From Antedon mediterranea (lineage: Eukaryota > Animalia > Echinodermata): a stretch of DNA of 64,000 nucleotides. The stretch lies in assembly GCF_964355755.1 (NCBI RefSeq), contig NC_092671.1:37644304-37708303 (forward strand). The letters are read 5' to 3'. Position 1 is the first letter of the stretch; every line of letters starts with the position of its first letter. The position numbers and the translations under genes were made by a program. Shown piece by piece: positions 1-12,700 of this stretch. The notes under the pieces were generated by a model. That model was not told where the DNA came from. It searched no databases and saw only the letters and a list, made by a program, of their open reading frames with translations.

Positions 1-57
1 TTGCCATTCAAACGGCTATAGCTGCTATTTATAGTTTCGTCAAATCTAGGTTTTTTA

Positions 58-216
58 AGCTCTGTCTACACCATCAAACTTTATGTGACAATAAAATGTG
101 ATGTGCCCATATATGGACATGATGATGTCATATCACTGCCATATTTGGGCATATCACTACCATATTTGAGCACATCACTTTTTTTGTCAAACTAGTTTGA
201 TATTGTAGACTGAGCT
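58..216. mobile_element. Tourist-like (PIF/Harbinger) MITE, family A
   Basis: TIR AGCTCTGTCTACAC...GTAGAC(A/T)GAGCT and internal 22-bp subrepeat; one of ~21 copies in the window. Confidence 0.8.
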
Positions 217-738
217 TAAATCCTTTACTGGACATTTAGTATTCATACACTAAAGGGTATACATTGGCTAAGCCACAGTTATGTCAACTTGATGCATACA
301 AATCAGAACTGTGTATGTGACAAGAACAAAGATTACAAACAAAAGTTAATATCAATTCTTTAAATTTTTATTAAGTCTTTGTAAATTAGAAAAAAAAAAC
401 TGTTTGCGACATTAACTTTACGCATTTTAGAACAATTGTTGTAATACTAATTAGTCCTTCCGTGATATGCCACAGATGTTTTGACATTTTGTGAACAATA
501 CATAAATTATTAGGAGTTGAGTCAAACACAGCCATCAATATTATCAGACAAGGTAAAGTCTCGTCTAAATGCAAACTATATCTGACATAATCAAGTTATG
601 TCATTTCATGAAACACAATTCAATAACACAATGAATTTCTAGAAGTTAAATGAAATATGTTATTGTACTGCGTTCAAGGTAATTTCTTAGGTTGCATAAA
701 AAAAACAATTTGATACATTATTTTGATGGATTGGAGTT

Positions 739-1982
739 GTCAGGGGGAGGTGGGATTATCATGGGGATGATGGGATTATCATGGGAGTGGTTGGATTATC
801 ATGGGGGTGGTGGGATTATCATGGGAGTGGTGGGATTGTCATGGGGGTGATGAGATTGTCATGGGATGGTTGGATTATCATGGGAGTGGTTGGATTATCA
901 TGGGGATGGTGGGATTGTCATGGGGATGGTTGGAGTATCATGGGAGTGGTGGGATTGTCATTGGGATGGTTGGATTATCATGGGGGTGGTGGGATTATCA
1001 TAGGATTGGTGGGATTGTCATGGGGGTGATGAGATTGTCATGGGATGGTTGGATTATCATGGGAGTGGTTGGATTATCATGGGGATGGTTGGATTATCTT
1101 GGGAGTGGTTAGATTATCATGGGAGTGGTTGTATTATCATGGGGATGGTGGGACATGGGGATGGTAGGATTATCATGGGGATGGTAGGATTATCATGGGG
1201 ATGGTTGAATTATCTTGGGAGTGGTTGGATTATCATGGGAGTGGTTGTATTATCATGGGAGTGGTTGTATTATCATGGGGATGGTGGGACATGGGGATGG
1301 TAGGATTGTCATGGTGATGGTTGGATTATCATGGGGATGGTTGGATTATCATGGGGATGGTTGGATTATCATGAGGGTGGTTGGATTAACATGGGGGTTG
1401 ATAGGATTGTCATAGGGGATGGTGGGGTTGTCATGGGGGTTGATAGGATTGTCATAGGGGATGGTGGGGTTGTCATGGGGGTTGATAGGATTGTCATAGG
1501 GGATGGTGGGGTTGTCATGGGGGTTGATAGGATTGTCATAGGGGATGGTGGGGTTGTCATGGGGGTTGATAGGATTGTCATAGGGGATGGTGGGGTTGTC
1601 ATGGGGGTTGATAGGATTGTCATAGGGGTTGATAGGATTGTCATAGGGGATGGTGGGGTTGTCATGGGGGATGGTGGGGTTGTCATAGGGGATGGTGGGG
1701 TTGTCATAGGGGATGGTGGGGTTGTCATAGGGGATGGTGGGGTTGTCATGGGGGATGGTGGGGTTGTCATGGGGGATGGTGGGGTTGTCATAGGGGATGG
1801 TGGGGTTGTCATAGGGGATGGTGGGGTTGTCATAGGGGATGGTGGGGTTGTCATGGGGGATGGTGGGGTTGTCATGGGGGATGGTGGGGTTGTCATGGGG
1901 GATGGTGGGGTTGTCATGGGGGATGGTGGGGTTGTCATGGGGGATGGTGGGGTTGTCATGGGGGATGGTGGGGTTGTCATGG
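739..1982 (+). repeat. G-rich minisatellite, ~20-21 bp unit
   Basis: Tandem GGGATGGTTGGATTATCATG grading into GGGGATGGTGGGGTTGTCAT(A/G). Confidence 0.95.
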
Positions 1983-2010
1983 TATGTTTGTTGAACAGCA
2001 GTCTACCTGC

Positions 2011-2166
2011 AGCTCTGTCTACAAACTAGTTTGACAAAAAAAAGTGTGATGTGCCCAAATATGCTAGTGATATGCCCAAATATAGTAGTGATATGACATC
2101 ATCATGTCCATATATGGGCATATCACATTTTGTTGTCACATAAAGTTTGATAGTGTAGACAGAGCT
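2011..2166. mobile_element. MITE family A copy
   Basis: AGCTCTGTCTACA...TGTAGACAGAGCT termini. Confidence 0.8.
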
Positions 2167-2789
2167 TAATCTAACATTATATAATTCTAGGCAATTTTGT
2201 ATTTCATAGCTAAGGCAATAAAAAAAAATACAAATTTATAAATATGATTCTGCTATTAACTATGCAAAAGAATTTTGCGCTTTCCCTTCTATCTATTCTT
2301 ATGTCTAATTTCCATTTTTATTTATTTTTTATTATAAGTATAATGGGAACATTATAAGTTTTATTCTTCAGTATTTTGTATTCTATTCACTTTCTTTTGA
2401 TGCATTTTATTTTAATAGAGTTATACATGTGGCATATTTATAATAGGAAATAATGGTCCCTTTCAAAATCAGCCAGCAAGATATTCATAGCTTTTGTCAC
2501 ATTCAATTTATTGAGTGATCTTAGACACTAACTTTAAATTTATTCTTTTTAAGATTTAAGGCTGTATCGATGAAATAGCTTTCAGTTATTGTTAAACTTA
2601 AAGTCAAACAAAGTCTCTCTACCTACTTCATACATTTCACAATCTTTTTTTTTCTTATTTTTAATTAACTTTACGGTAGCATATCAATATTTTGAATATA
2701 ATTGAGACGTATTTAAAATTATGATCTTGTTTATGTCTTGTAATAGGATGTGAAATTTAGTGAATATCACCCAATATGAGGTGAACAAT

Positions 2790-3155
2790 GGTTAAGATTG
2801 AAGTTTGAATCTCTTTGAGGTTAAGATTTAAGTCCCACTAAAAACTCTCTTGAACACCCAAAGAGTGTTCCTTTGAAGCTAAGATTCAAACCACACTAAA
2901 AACTCTCCCTTCATATTTGAGTGGAGCTTAAATCTTGCACACATAGTGTGTTAATTGGAGGTTAAGATTTAAGCCCCACTAAAAAAAACTCTCGTCATAA
3001 TTGAGTAGAGCTTGAATCTTGCAACCCAAAGGGTGTTAATTTGAGGTTAAGATTTAAGCCCCACTAGAAAAAGCTCTCGTCATATTATTGAGTGGAGCTT
3101 GAATCTTGCAACCCAAAGAGTATTAATTTGAGGTTAGGATTTAAAACACACTAAA
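2790..3155 (+). repeat. Degenerate tandem repeat, ~86 bp unit
   Basis: GAGGTTAAGATTTAAG.CCCACTA recurs at ~2817, 2958, 3043, 3130. Confidence 0.75.
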
Positions 3156-3585
3156 TACTAGTAAATAAATTTAAAAAGTGTAAATACTGTATGTATGTAC
3201 ATGAATAGATGAGAAATGGGTTGAATTGAATGTATGTCTGAGGTAAAACAACGCTAAAACAATGTATCATATTGTCAACGAATGAACTGTTTAGCTATTT
3301 GAGTGATTAGTCGGGTTGATACCTGCTAAACTATATATCTACAGTGATGTCAAAGTTCATCGTAAATGTCTTGACAAAGAAGAATAAATGCAAGATGTTC
3401 ATAATTAACTAGTCCATCTTCTTTGAAGGTTTTTCTCTTTATTTGAACTTGTTTCTTTTTTTCAAGTAAACCGTGAAGATGGAAAGACATTGGATATATC
3501 CGGTGATATCAATCAAGAATTGATTCTGCTACTCCATCTCGTTTCTATTCCCTTGACTTATTCACTTTTTATTCGTGTTTTTCAG

Positions 3586-3700
3586 GAGCTTGTTGGCGGA
3601 AACCAGGAGCAGCGAAACTGGAAAGGAATCATCATCTCCCTTCTTGTCATCATTCTTATTTGTACGATTATCATCGTATGCATCCTTATCGTTACACCAG
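3586..3700 (+). CDS. DPP exon: juxtamembrane + signal-anchor TM
   Basis: ttcag|ELVGGNQEQRNWKGIIISLLVIILICTIIIVCILIVTP|gtcag; closely resembles the common exon 2 of DPP6/DPP10. Confidence 0.9.
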
Positions 3701-6700
3701 GTCAGTAAAATACCCTGGATACCCTGTCATTTTATAAAAATATATGTAAAATAATACTAATTTAACAATGAAAGTGAAGGGATTTCAGCAGATAATATGT
3801 ATATTGGACAAAAATAAATAACTCACTTTCATACAGGAAAATTAGCAACAATATATTTTGATATTTAATATCATAATACTTAAAAACAATATTCTTTACT
3901 CATGTTATGTTTAATACTAACACATTTTTTTGTTTTGGTGAAACAGTACAAAAACTCTTCAAGATGGCAGGTTATGACATTGAGAAATAAGTTGTTATTT
4001 TTCCGTGGTATTAGAAATGAATTAACCGAATCTCAATTTGTATCAACACTTTTACAAGTTTAATTAAAGTGATCTTTTAATTACAGTTACCATATCCTCT
4101 TGTAATCTATTGATGGTCAAACCATTGCTTAATAGTCTAGAATGGATTACTGTTAACAAAGCTGTTGAATAATGTTTTTGTCGTTAAATTTTTTTAAAGT
4201 ACATGTGAAATATTTTTCCAGCCATTGAATAATATAGTGTGTGTTTGTTTTTGTTTGAATTGAAAGCAATATGACGATTTTGCAATCTTTTTATGATTAT
4301 TTGATTTTTCGAAAAATGTTTTCATCTGGTTTTATAATAAACTATCTGTATATAATTCTTTACGTTAAACCATTCATGAATATTTATATATGCGATGTTT
4401 CAACTTGTTGTCAACAAATCTTCATCTGACAATGACTAGATGATCGCAGACCAAGGGGACTAATAAGGATGCTTCTCTACAACTATCAACAACATCTTTT
4501 TTGCTGTGTGTTTTTTTTGTGCTAATATTATGGTGTCATCAACCATACTACGAGCAGAAAGATGAATCTAGCATTTAATTTTTTTTCTATAGAAAAGGAT
4601 TAACCATACATTTTAATATGAAGATATATTTCAATTGGCTACTGGGTGATTTATTTAGAGTAGTTTGTGACACACCTTAAAATGCAACCAACCAACTAAT
4701 ATAAAAAAAATATTAATTATACATTTTGTCAGTTATTCCACCACCATGTTATTTAAATAATAATAATAATAACTTATTTGGAAGCTACACTTTTAAAACA
4801 GTGGCACACTTGATTGAAGGTGCGTCCAGAGTAAGTAAAATAAAAGTTAGAGAAAAAAAAATTATTTAATAATATGCCTATTTACAAGGAAACTTAAACT
4901 AAATTATGTACAAAATATAAAAAATAACATTAACAAAAGTAATCAAAATTACTAATCAACAAAATTTAAAACGTAATATTTCTAAAATAGACCTAAAGAA
5001 AATTATTTATTTTCTATTGTCATAAGTATGAGAAAAGTAAAAGAAGTATCCATAAATGTAAGACATTAATTTTACATTAATGTTCAGTGTACTATAATAT
5101 GCTTCAATAATTCTGGTACTTATAGAATAGTTATCTATACAAAACCTGCCATTTATTCAAACCAGTTCGATCATTTTCTAATCCTTTCTTTCAAAAATTT
5201 CTTAGAAAATCTTTATCATTGAACTGAATGTGTTCCTAAATACTATGAATATTTTTTTCATTGAATATTAATTCCGTATTCATTAAGCTTGTCAGTATTC
5301 ATTTGTACTGCAATGCATTTATAGTTTAAATTCACATTTGATGAATTATGCAAAATATTTCTTTTAAAAATTACAAACAGTATTTCCTGTTTAAGCTCCT
5401 GTCTACATTATCAAACTAGTTTGACAAAACAAGTGTGATGTGCTTAAATATGGTAGTGATATGCCTAGTATGGTAGTGCTATGATATCATCATGTCCATA
5501 TATGAACACATCACATTTTTTAATTTTGATAGTGTAGACAGAGATTTATTCATAAAAACTTGGTTTTTGTTAAAATTACTAAAAGCAAAGCTTCTACCGT
5601 AATCATAGATGAAACAAAGTCTTAATTAAATTTAATTTTTGCATCTAATCTTAAGCTAGGATGATTTATGAATCCTTTTGTTTGTTGTCAATATTTGCAA
5701 TGACTTAGGCAAACAGATTTCAATTAGAAGAGGACACCAAATTGTCATCTCACTACTATTTGTGCGTTCCTTATATTTGTCTTGTATATTAAGTGTGAAA
5801 ATATAAAGCATCTGTGTAATTAAAAGGTTTGAGATATTTACTGACTTTCCCCAGTAATTAATTTATTTTTTGTTAATTATTCAAATTTATAAACCACAAT
5901 TTAGCCTAATGCAAAAATTTAGAATCATTTCACAATCAAACTTTTAAATTATTTCGCAATTTTATATTTCATTAAAAGGCCTTTTTCTCATGATTTTTAT
6001 ATGTATTAGTAATTATAATATTTATCATGTTTATCAATATGTAATCATAAACACATTTAAATAGGAGCCAGTGAAAGAAATGATTACTTTTCTATCTCAA
6101 AATTGAAAGCCTGTGAAATTAACCGGTGGAAATGTGCTCGAGATCACATAAAAAAAATTTCATTTTCAATTTCAATTGTAGTTTACTGTCGTCCCATGAT
6201 AAACAAACTTAGTCTCCGCGGTAGAAGAGAATTAGAACGTTATTATCAATAATTCGAAGTTTAAATTTTCTGGCTTTTTTTTACAGAAGATTTTTTTTAT
6301 TATAGCAATACATATTTTTTTTGCTCAATGAAAAACCATTTAAGATTTGGTTAAATTATTATTGGGTCTTTGAATTAAAGAGTTTCTTGAGGGTTAACGG
6401 AAAATAACTCTAAATAATAGTTTGCAGGGGCGGATCCAGCATTATAGATTAGGGAGGGCTAAATATCTCATAAATGATAAAAACAATCCGTCGGGTTGCA
6501 GAAAATATTCAAAGACTGTTAAAAAGAATGTCATGGGTGTGAATCCTTTTGTTTTTATTTATTTCTTGTTCAGTTAAAACCAACTGTTATCTTTTTGTGC
6601 CAAGGCACATGGATCCACTCCCCCTGACAACTCAGGCACATGGATCCACTCCCCCTGACAACTCAGGCACATGGATCCACTCCCCCTGACAACTCAGGCA

Positions 6701-9700
6701 CATGGATCCACTCCCCCTGACAACTCAGGCACATGGATCCATTCCCCCTGACAACTCAGGCACATGGATCCATTCCCCCTGACAACTCAGGCACATGGAT
6801 CCATTCCCCCTGACAACTCAGTGCCTAGGCACATGGATCCACTCCCCCTGACAACTCAGGCACATGGATCCATTCCCCCTGACAACTCAGGCACATGGAT
6901 CCATTCCCCCTGACAACTCAGTGCCTAGGCACATGGATCCATTCCCCCTGACAACTCAGGCACATGGATCCATTCCCCCTGACAACTCAGTGCCTAGGCA
7001 CATGGATCCATTCCCCCTGACAACTCAGAAAAGCTCTGAATTTGTGACTTGGAGTATTTGTTATAAACTTTCATTTTTTAATGTCATGGGTGTGAATCCT
7101 TTTGTTTTTATTTATTTCTTGTTCAGTTAAAACCAACTGTTATCTTTTTGTGCCAAGGCACATGGATCCACTCCCCCTGACAACTCAGGCACATGGATCC
7201 ACTCCCCCTGACAACTCAGGCACATGGATCCACTCCCCCTGACAACTCAGGCACATGGATCCACTCCCCCTGACAACTCAGGCACATGGATCCATTCCCC
7301 CTGACAACTCAGGCACATGGATCCATTCCCCCTGACAACTCAGGCACATGGATCCATTCCCCCTGACAACTCAGTGCCTAGGCACATGGATCCACTCCCC
7401 CTGACAACTCAGGCACATGGATCCATTCCCCCTGACAACTCAGGCACATGGATCCATTCCCCCTGACAACTCAGTGCCTAGGCACATGGATCCATTCCCC
7501 CTGACAACTCAGGCACATGGATCCATTCCCCCTGACAACTCAGTGCCTAGGCACATGGATCCATTCCCCCTGACAACTCAGAAAAGCTCTGAATTTGTGA
7601 CTTGGAGTATTTGTTATAAACTTTCATTTTTTAACTTTTAAATATAATTTTTATATTAATATTAACTTTATCTTATTTGCAGCAGCCTTTGTGAATAATT
7701 CAGAAATTGACATGAATGTTTCTGACAATTGGTGTCTTAATATCACATTAGAATGGATGTGATTTAGTTGTCCCGACAAAGCAAACAGTGTGCCTACTAA
7801 GTAGTGCACTGGGTGTGCTCATCACAAATTGTTTTTAGCTACATTAATTTTGTTCAATAATCATTAAACTTAGTAAAATCAATTGATATTTATCTTTTGA
7901 TTACATGAAATAATTAGTTGTAGCTTGGTGGTTTAGATGATCAGCTACCAATTCCTGGGTCCTAGGTTGAAATCCTGTCAGATATCAAGACCTTAATAAT
8001 TACACAACTGATATTTATCTTTTGATTACCGTACATGAAATAATGAGTTGTTGATGAGTTGTAGCTTGGTGGTTTGAATGATCAGCTACCAATTCCTGGG
8101 TCTTAGGTTTGTAAAATCCTGTCAGATATCAGGACATATGTGTTTGTCCGAGGTGAAACAGATCGTCACCATTCTGAATGACAGTAACTTTCATACTTGG
8201 CAATTCTTGAGCTGTGACGTGTGATTTTTTTTTCTCAAGGTGATCTGGTGTAAACAAACAGCATTTTCTCAGCAATGTATGTTTGCATGTAAATCATCTC
8301 ATTCACGTGAATCTGCAATAAAAAATGTCATTCGCCGCGTAGTTGCTTTCTGGCAATACCTATGCAAGGTTCCATGTCACAGTACTAACTGGCTGAATTA
8401 TCATTCGTAAACAATTTTATTTTCTTTCAGCTTTTTTGTTGTTCTTAACAGTTTTTTGTTTTTATTTAATTGTCTTTTCATTTTCCTCTTACATGATATT
8501 TTATACTGATAATGTTATCATCGCTACTTGGTGTAAGTACAACAATGATGTTTATTTTACATTTTATTTTAGGATTTTTAGTAACATTTTGTGTTTGTAG
8601 GTAACACAAAAAGAAATAATGTTACAGATTTTAGAGCTTTTTTCATGTTGTTTTGTATTTTTCATCTCCTGTTATCATATCATCAAACCATCATAATGAT
8701 CGTTAATGTTAGCCGCTTGGTGGCGCATGTCAACGCATCCCTTCATTCATTGCATCCCTCGAATCATTTACGAGTAGAGCAGTAGATTAGTATGTTTGTT
8801 GCTGTTTATGTAATTTTAAAAAGTTTATGAAATAATTGAGACTTTTTCAAACCTGTGTCCGAAACTGAAATATAAATATTTGAATTTATGCAAATAAATG
8901 AGGTATAAAAATCACTATCATTATTTATTCACTTTTATTATTTTTGATATTTTTATTTATTTGGTTAATTTAAAGTATTTTACTTCTAAATTAAATTCAA
9001 ATTTTCATTTAAATTTACCATTTTTCTACTTTTATTTTCTCAATTATTATTTACTTTTATACTATTTTTCTAATTTATTTTGCTTTTTTCATTCTTTTAT
9101 TATAACTTTGTTCCATTGCAGTGCTTTACTAATTTACTTTCATTATATTTTATGACGTTTTATTTTTAGTTTAAGAAATTTTTAAATGTTTTAACCACCA
9201 GCAGTAATCTTCTCCCAGAGAGTGTTATTGTTAATATTTATAATATGTATAATATAAAAAAAACATGATTCTCGCATTATTTACCTAAAAACTCAATTTT
9301 GTTATTATGTGGTTTTCGACTTTGTTGCAAAATCAAATCTGTAATTTATTTTTTCTACGTCAATTTAATAATGAATGACGACCCGATACTTAATATATTC
9401 AAACTCAATTCCAAGATAAGTATTACCTCAAAATTTGATGCAAAATTGATAGAGTGAAAGCGGCCAATGAACAAGCTAACATGCGGCCTTAATCCAACAT
9501 GAAGATCAGTGACCCAGTTTCGTGAATATTGATAAATTTATTTTGACATTAGATATTAAAGCATCATATTTGGAATCCCTGGATCAATACAATATTTCAC
9601 AACATTGGTACATGTATCAGATGTCTACTTGAGTAAAGTTAATGATACCAGTTGTATACAGAATATTTGAAATTTATCCTCTTTACATGATCACTATTAA

Positions 9701-12700
9701 TCGGGTTATTGGTTTTGAAAATAAAATGTTACCGCTCAATAGTGCATACTATTGCACGCCATGTGACCCACTATCATCCAATCAGCTGTATACAGTATAT
9801 TTGAAATTTATCTTCTTACTACGATAACCATTAATCAGGTTATTGGTTGCGAGAGTAAAGCGTTACCGTTCAATAGTGCGTACTATTGCATCCCATGTGA
9901 CCCACTATCATCTAATCAGCTGAATACAGTATATTCAAAATTTATCTTTTTTGATCACTATTAATCGGGTTATTCGTTTTACTCTTAAAATGTTGTCGTT
10001 CAATAGTACATACTATTGCACACCATGTGACCCACTAACATCCAATCAGTATATTTAAAATTTATCTTACTACGATAATACTATTAATCGAGTTATTGGT
10101 TTGATCTGTCGATAAATCAATCAATCAATCTTTTATTTCGGAATCTCTGGTCCATAGAAAGCAAAATTACATATAAATTAATTAAAAATAAACAAGACTA
10201 CTAATTGCTACTACTCATATCAGGATGACATTCCACATGGAGAACATCTTTGACTTACGGTATACAAGACTTGCCGCCTATAATCATTAAAACTAAAACA
10301 TTTTCATTTGAATTGAGTCTACAAATCAGGCCAATGCATAAAAATATAGATACAGTATTGTACATTATTTGTTTTATTATTAAAACATTGTAGATGTTTA
10401 CTTTCAAATAACCTCATTTAGTTAACAAATAGTATTATTTATATTTGTAGAAGTTTCTAACCATTTTTACCCTGCAGAGCACCACCACACATCCTTTGTA
10501 AATATTACACCAGTGTTTCTCCTCCCATTTTATGCAAATGTCAAATCGTTTAACTATTTTTCTGACAGATGTTACATTGATGTGTGATCTCACATTTTTA
10601 TTTTCATTTATTAATAAGCGTTTTTAAGCAGGTGGTTGAGTAATGTTTACAATTCAGTAATGTTATTGTTGCTCCATTATATACATAGTAGAGGAGTAAG
10701 GTTGTCCATCTACATTTTATACATCTGTTCCTTTTAAAAGCTCTGTCTACACTACCAAACTAGTTTGACAAAAAAAGTGTTATGTGCCCAAATATGGTAG
10801 TGATATGGCATCATCATGTTCATATATGGGCATATCACATACATTTGATAGTGTACACAGGCTTTAAATATTAGAGGGTGGGATACCTTGTGTAACATTG
10901 TTGATATTATATTGTCTTTTAATGTCATTGAAAGTTGTTGATTAAATTAAAAATGTAAATTTTTATTTTCAATCGTATTTAAGATGTATTGTTTCCAAAA
11001 ATCATGAAAAATGAAGATTAATAAAATTAGACTTTAAATAAGCCATTTTGTAGTTTTAATAAAGTTATTCACTTCTGTGAAAAAATTACAAATTATTTTA
11101 CTTTTTCACACAGACAAAAGAAACAGTTAATTTTTACCAAAAACCATTTGTCTCACAGACAATTTAATTCTTTTTTGCTTTAAATTACATTTTTTCAGGT
11201 AAATAATTTATTCAATCCAGTTTTCGGTCAAAGTGAATAACTATTAGGTGACATTAAAATGGTCAACAAGAAATTGTAAAAAAAAATGTTGTAGGTGGAC
11301 ACTTAGCTTAAAGTAAAAATATCTTCTGCTTTACAATATAGTATTGATTTAATTTTTTGTAATCATCGATTTCTTTTGAAACTAGAAATATAAGATTCAG
11401 ATTTATTTATTCTTATGGAAACTAATAACATACTCAATCTAATAATAAAAAAATATTAATATAGATTATATATTTTTATTTTAATAATATGTTACATAAT
11501 TTAATATCATTACTGAAATTATTAGAGTAATAGCTAGAGTATAGCTCAGTCTTTTAAATAATCAAAATTTGAACAATTTGACTTTTTTTTATGTTAACAA
11601 TTGCATGATATCTAGTGATAACTACTATCTTTTTAACAAAAACTTTGATACTTTACTAATATAATTATTATTTTACATATTTTATATTAACACAGACAAT
11701 CTACTAAAAATAATTTTTTTTTATTCAAAATTAATAGTAATAAAAAATTTTAATTTATGAATAGTTTAAATTGTAGAATATTTACCTGGGTTTAAACACA
11801 TGATCACAAAATCTTGCTAACAGAACACTGGATACTGCAGCAATTATTGATGATGCTGCAGTAATTACATGATCACACTAGACCTTCAAATTAATTGGTA
11901 ATGAAAATAAACAAGTTTAATAATTCTTTCCATTATATCAACCTTTTTTAAAAGATTAGATCTAATAATGAGGTTACAGCAAGGTTACGTGTAAATAATT
12001 AATATTTAATGAACTTTTAATTAGGCCTAGTAACTGTTATAATTTCTGTTTTGCTCATAATCTAATGATCTAGATGTGAAAAAGCAACAAAAATAGACAT
12101 AGGACTTAGTAAACAAATATCTTTTTAGTAATGTTAGATAGTAAAGCCAATTTCTGAACAAGTCAATTTTTACTTTATGTTTTTAGTATTACGAGCGAAA
12201 CTTAACTTTAACTTATTTTCCTTTTTATTAGATAATATAATTAATAAATAGTTTTATTTAGTCATATTTAAAATATTGGCTTGTAGCGATTCTGATGATA
12301 GATGTGGTTAAAATGAATATAAATTCATAAGTTCAAAGCAAATAGTCCAAGTGTCTAATCATGTTCTTAGTCTTTTCTTCTTTCTTATCTTATTAAAATT
12401 GAAAAAATTCATCTCCTTCCCAAAAAACTTAGGAAGTCTTTTTGTCCAGACAATTATTGACCATTACATATTGTAACTTCACTAAACCAAAAAGAAATAT
12501 TTTAAATCTTGCTCCTCTTCCACAATCTGTAAAATATTTACAATGATTTTGAAAATGTATAAAATAAATGTATATGAATTCAAATTTTTAGTGATTTAAA
12601 TGTGTCTTCAACCTAGCTTTATAGCTATTATTTGTTCTATTCTTAAGCGCTGTCTACACTATCAAACTAGTTTGACAAATAACAGTGTGATGTACCCAAA

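Noticed and set aside
781-2029. Long ORFs (Gly/Val/Trp-rich and mucin-like MTTPPSP)
   Set aside because: Translations of the minisatellite; open in several frames and on both strands
3490-3585. 5' extension of the 72-aa ORF as the DPP N-terminus
   Set aside because: Starts at TTG and runs through a polypyrimidine tract/acceptor; a micro first exon at 3234-3242 (MSE) is possible but unsupported
6864-7641. Duplicated ORFs MDPFPLTTQ...
   Set aside because: Products of the minisatellite
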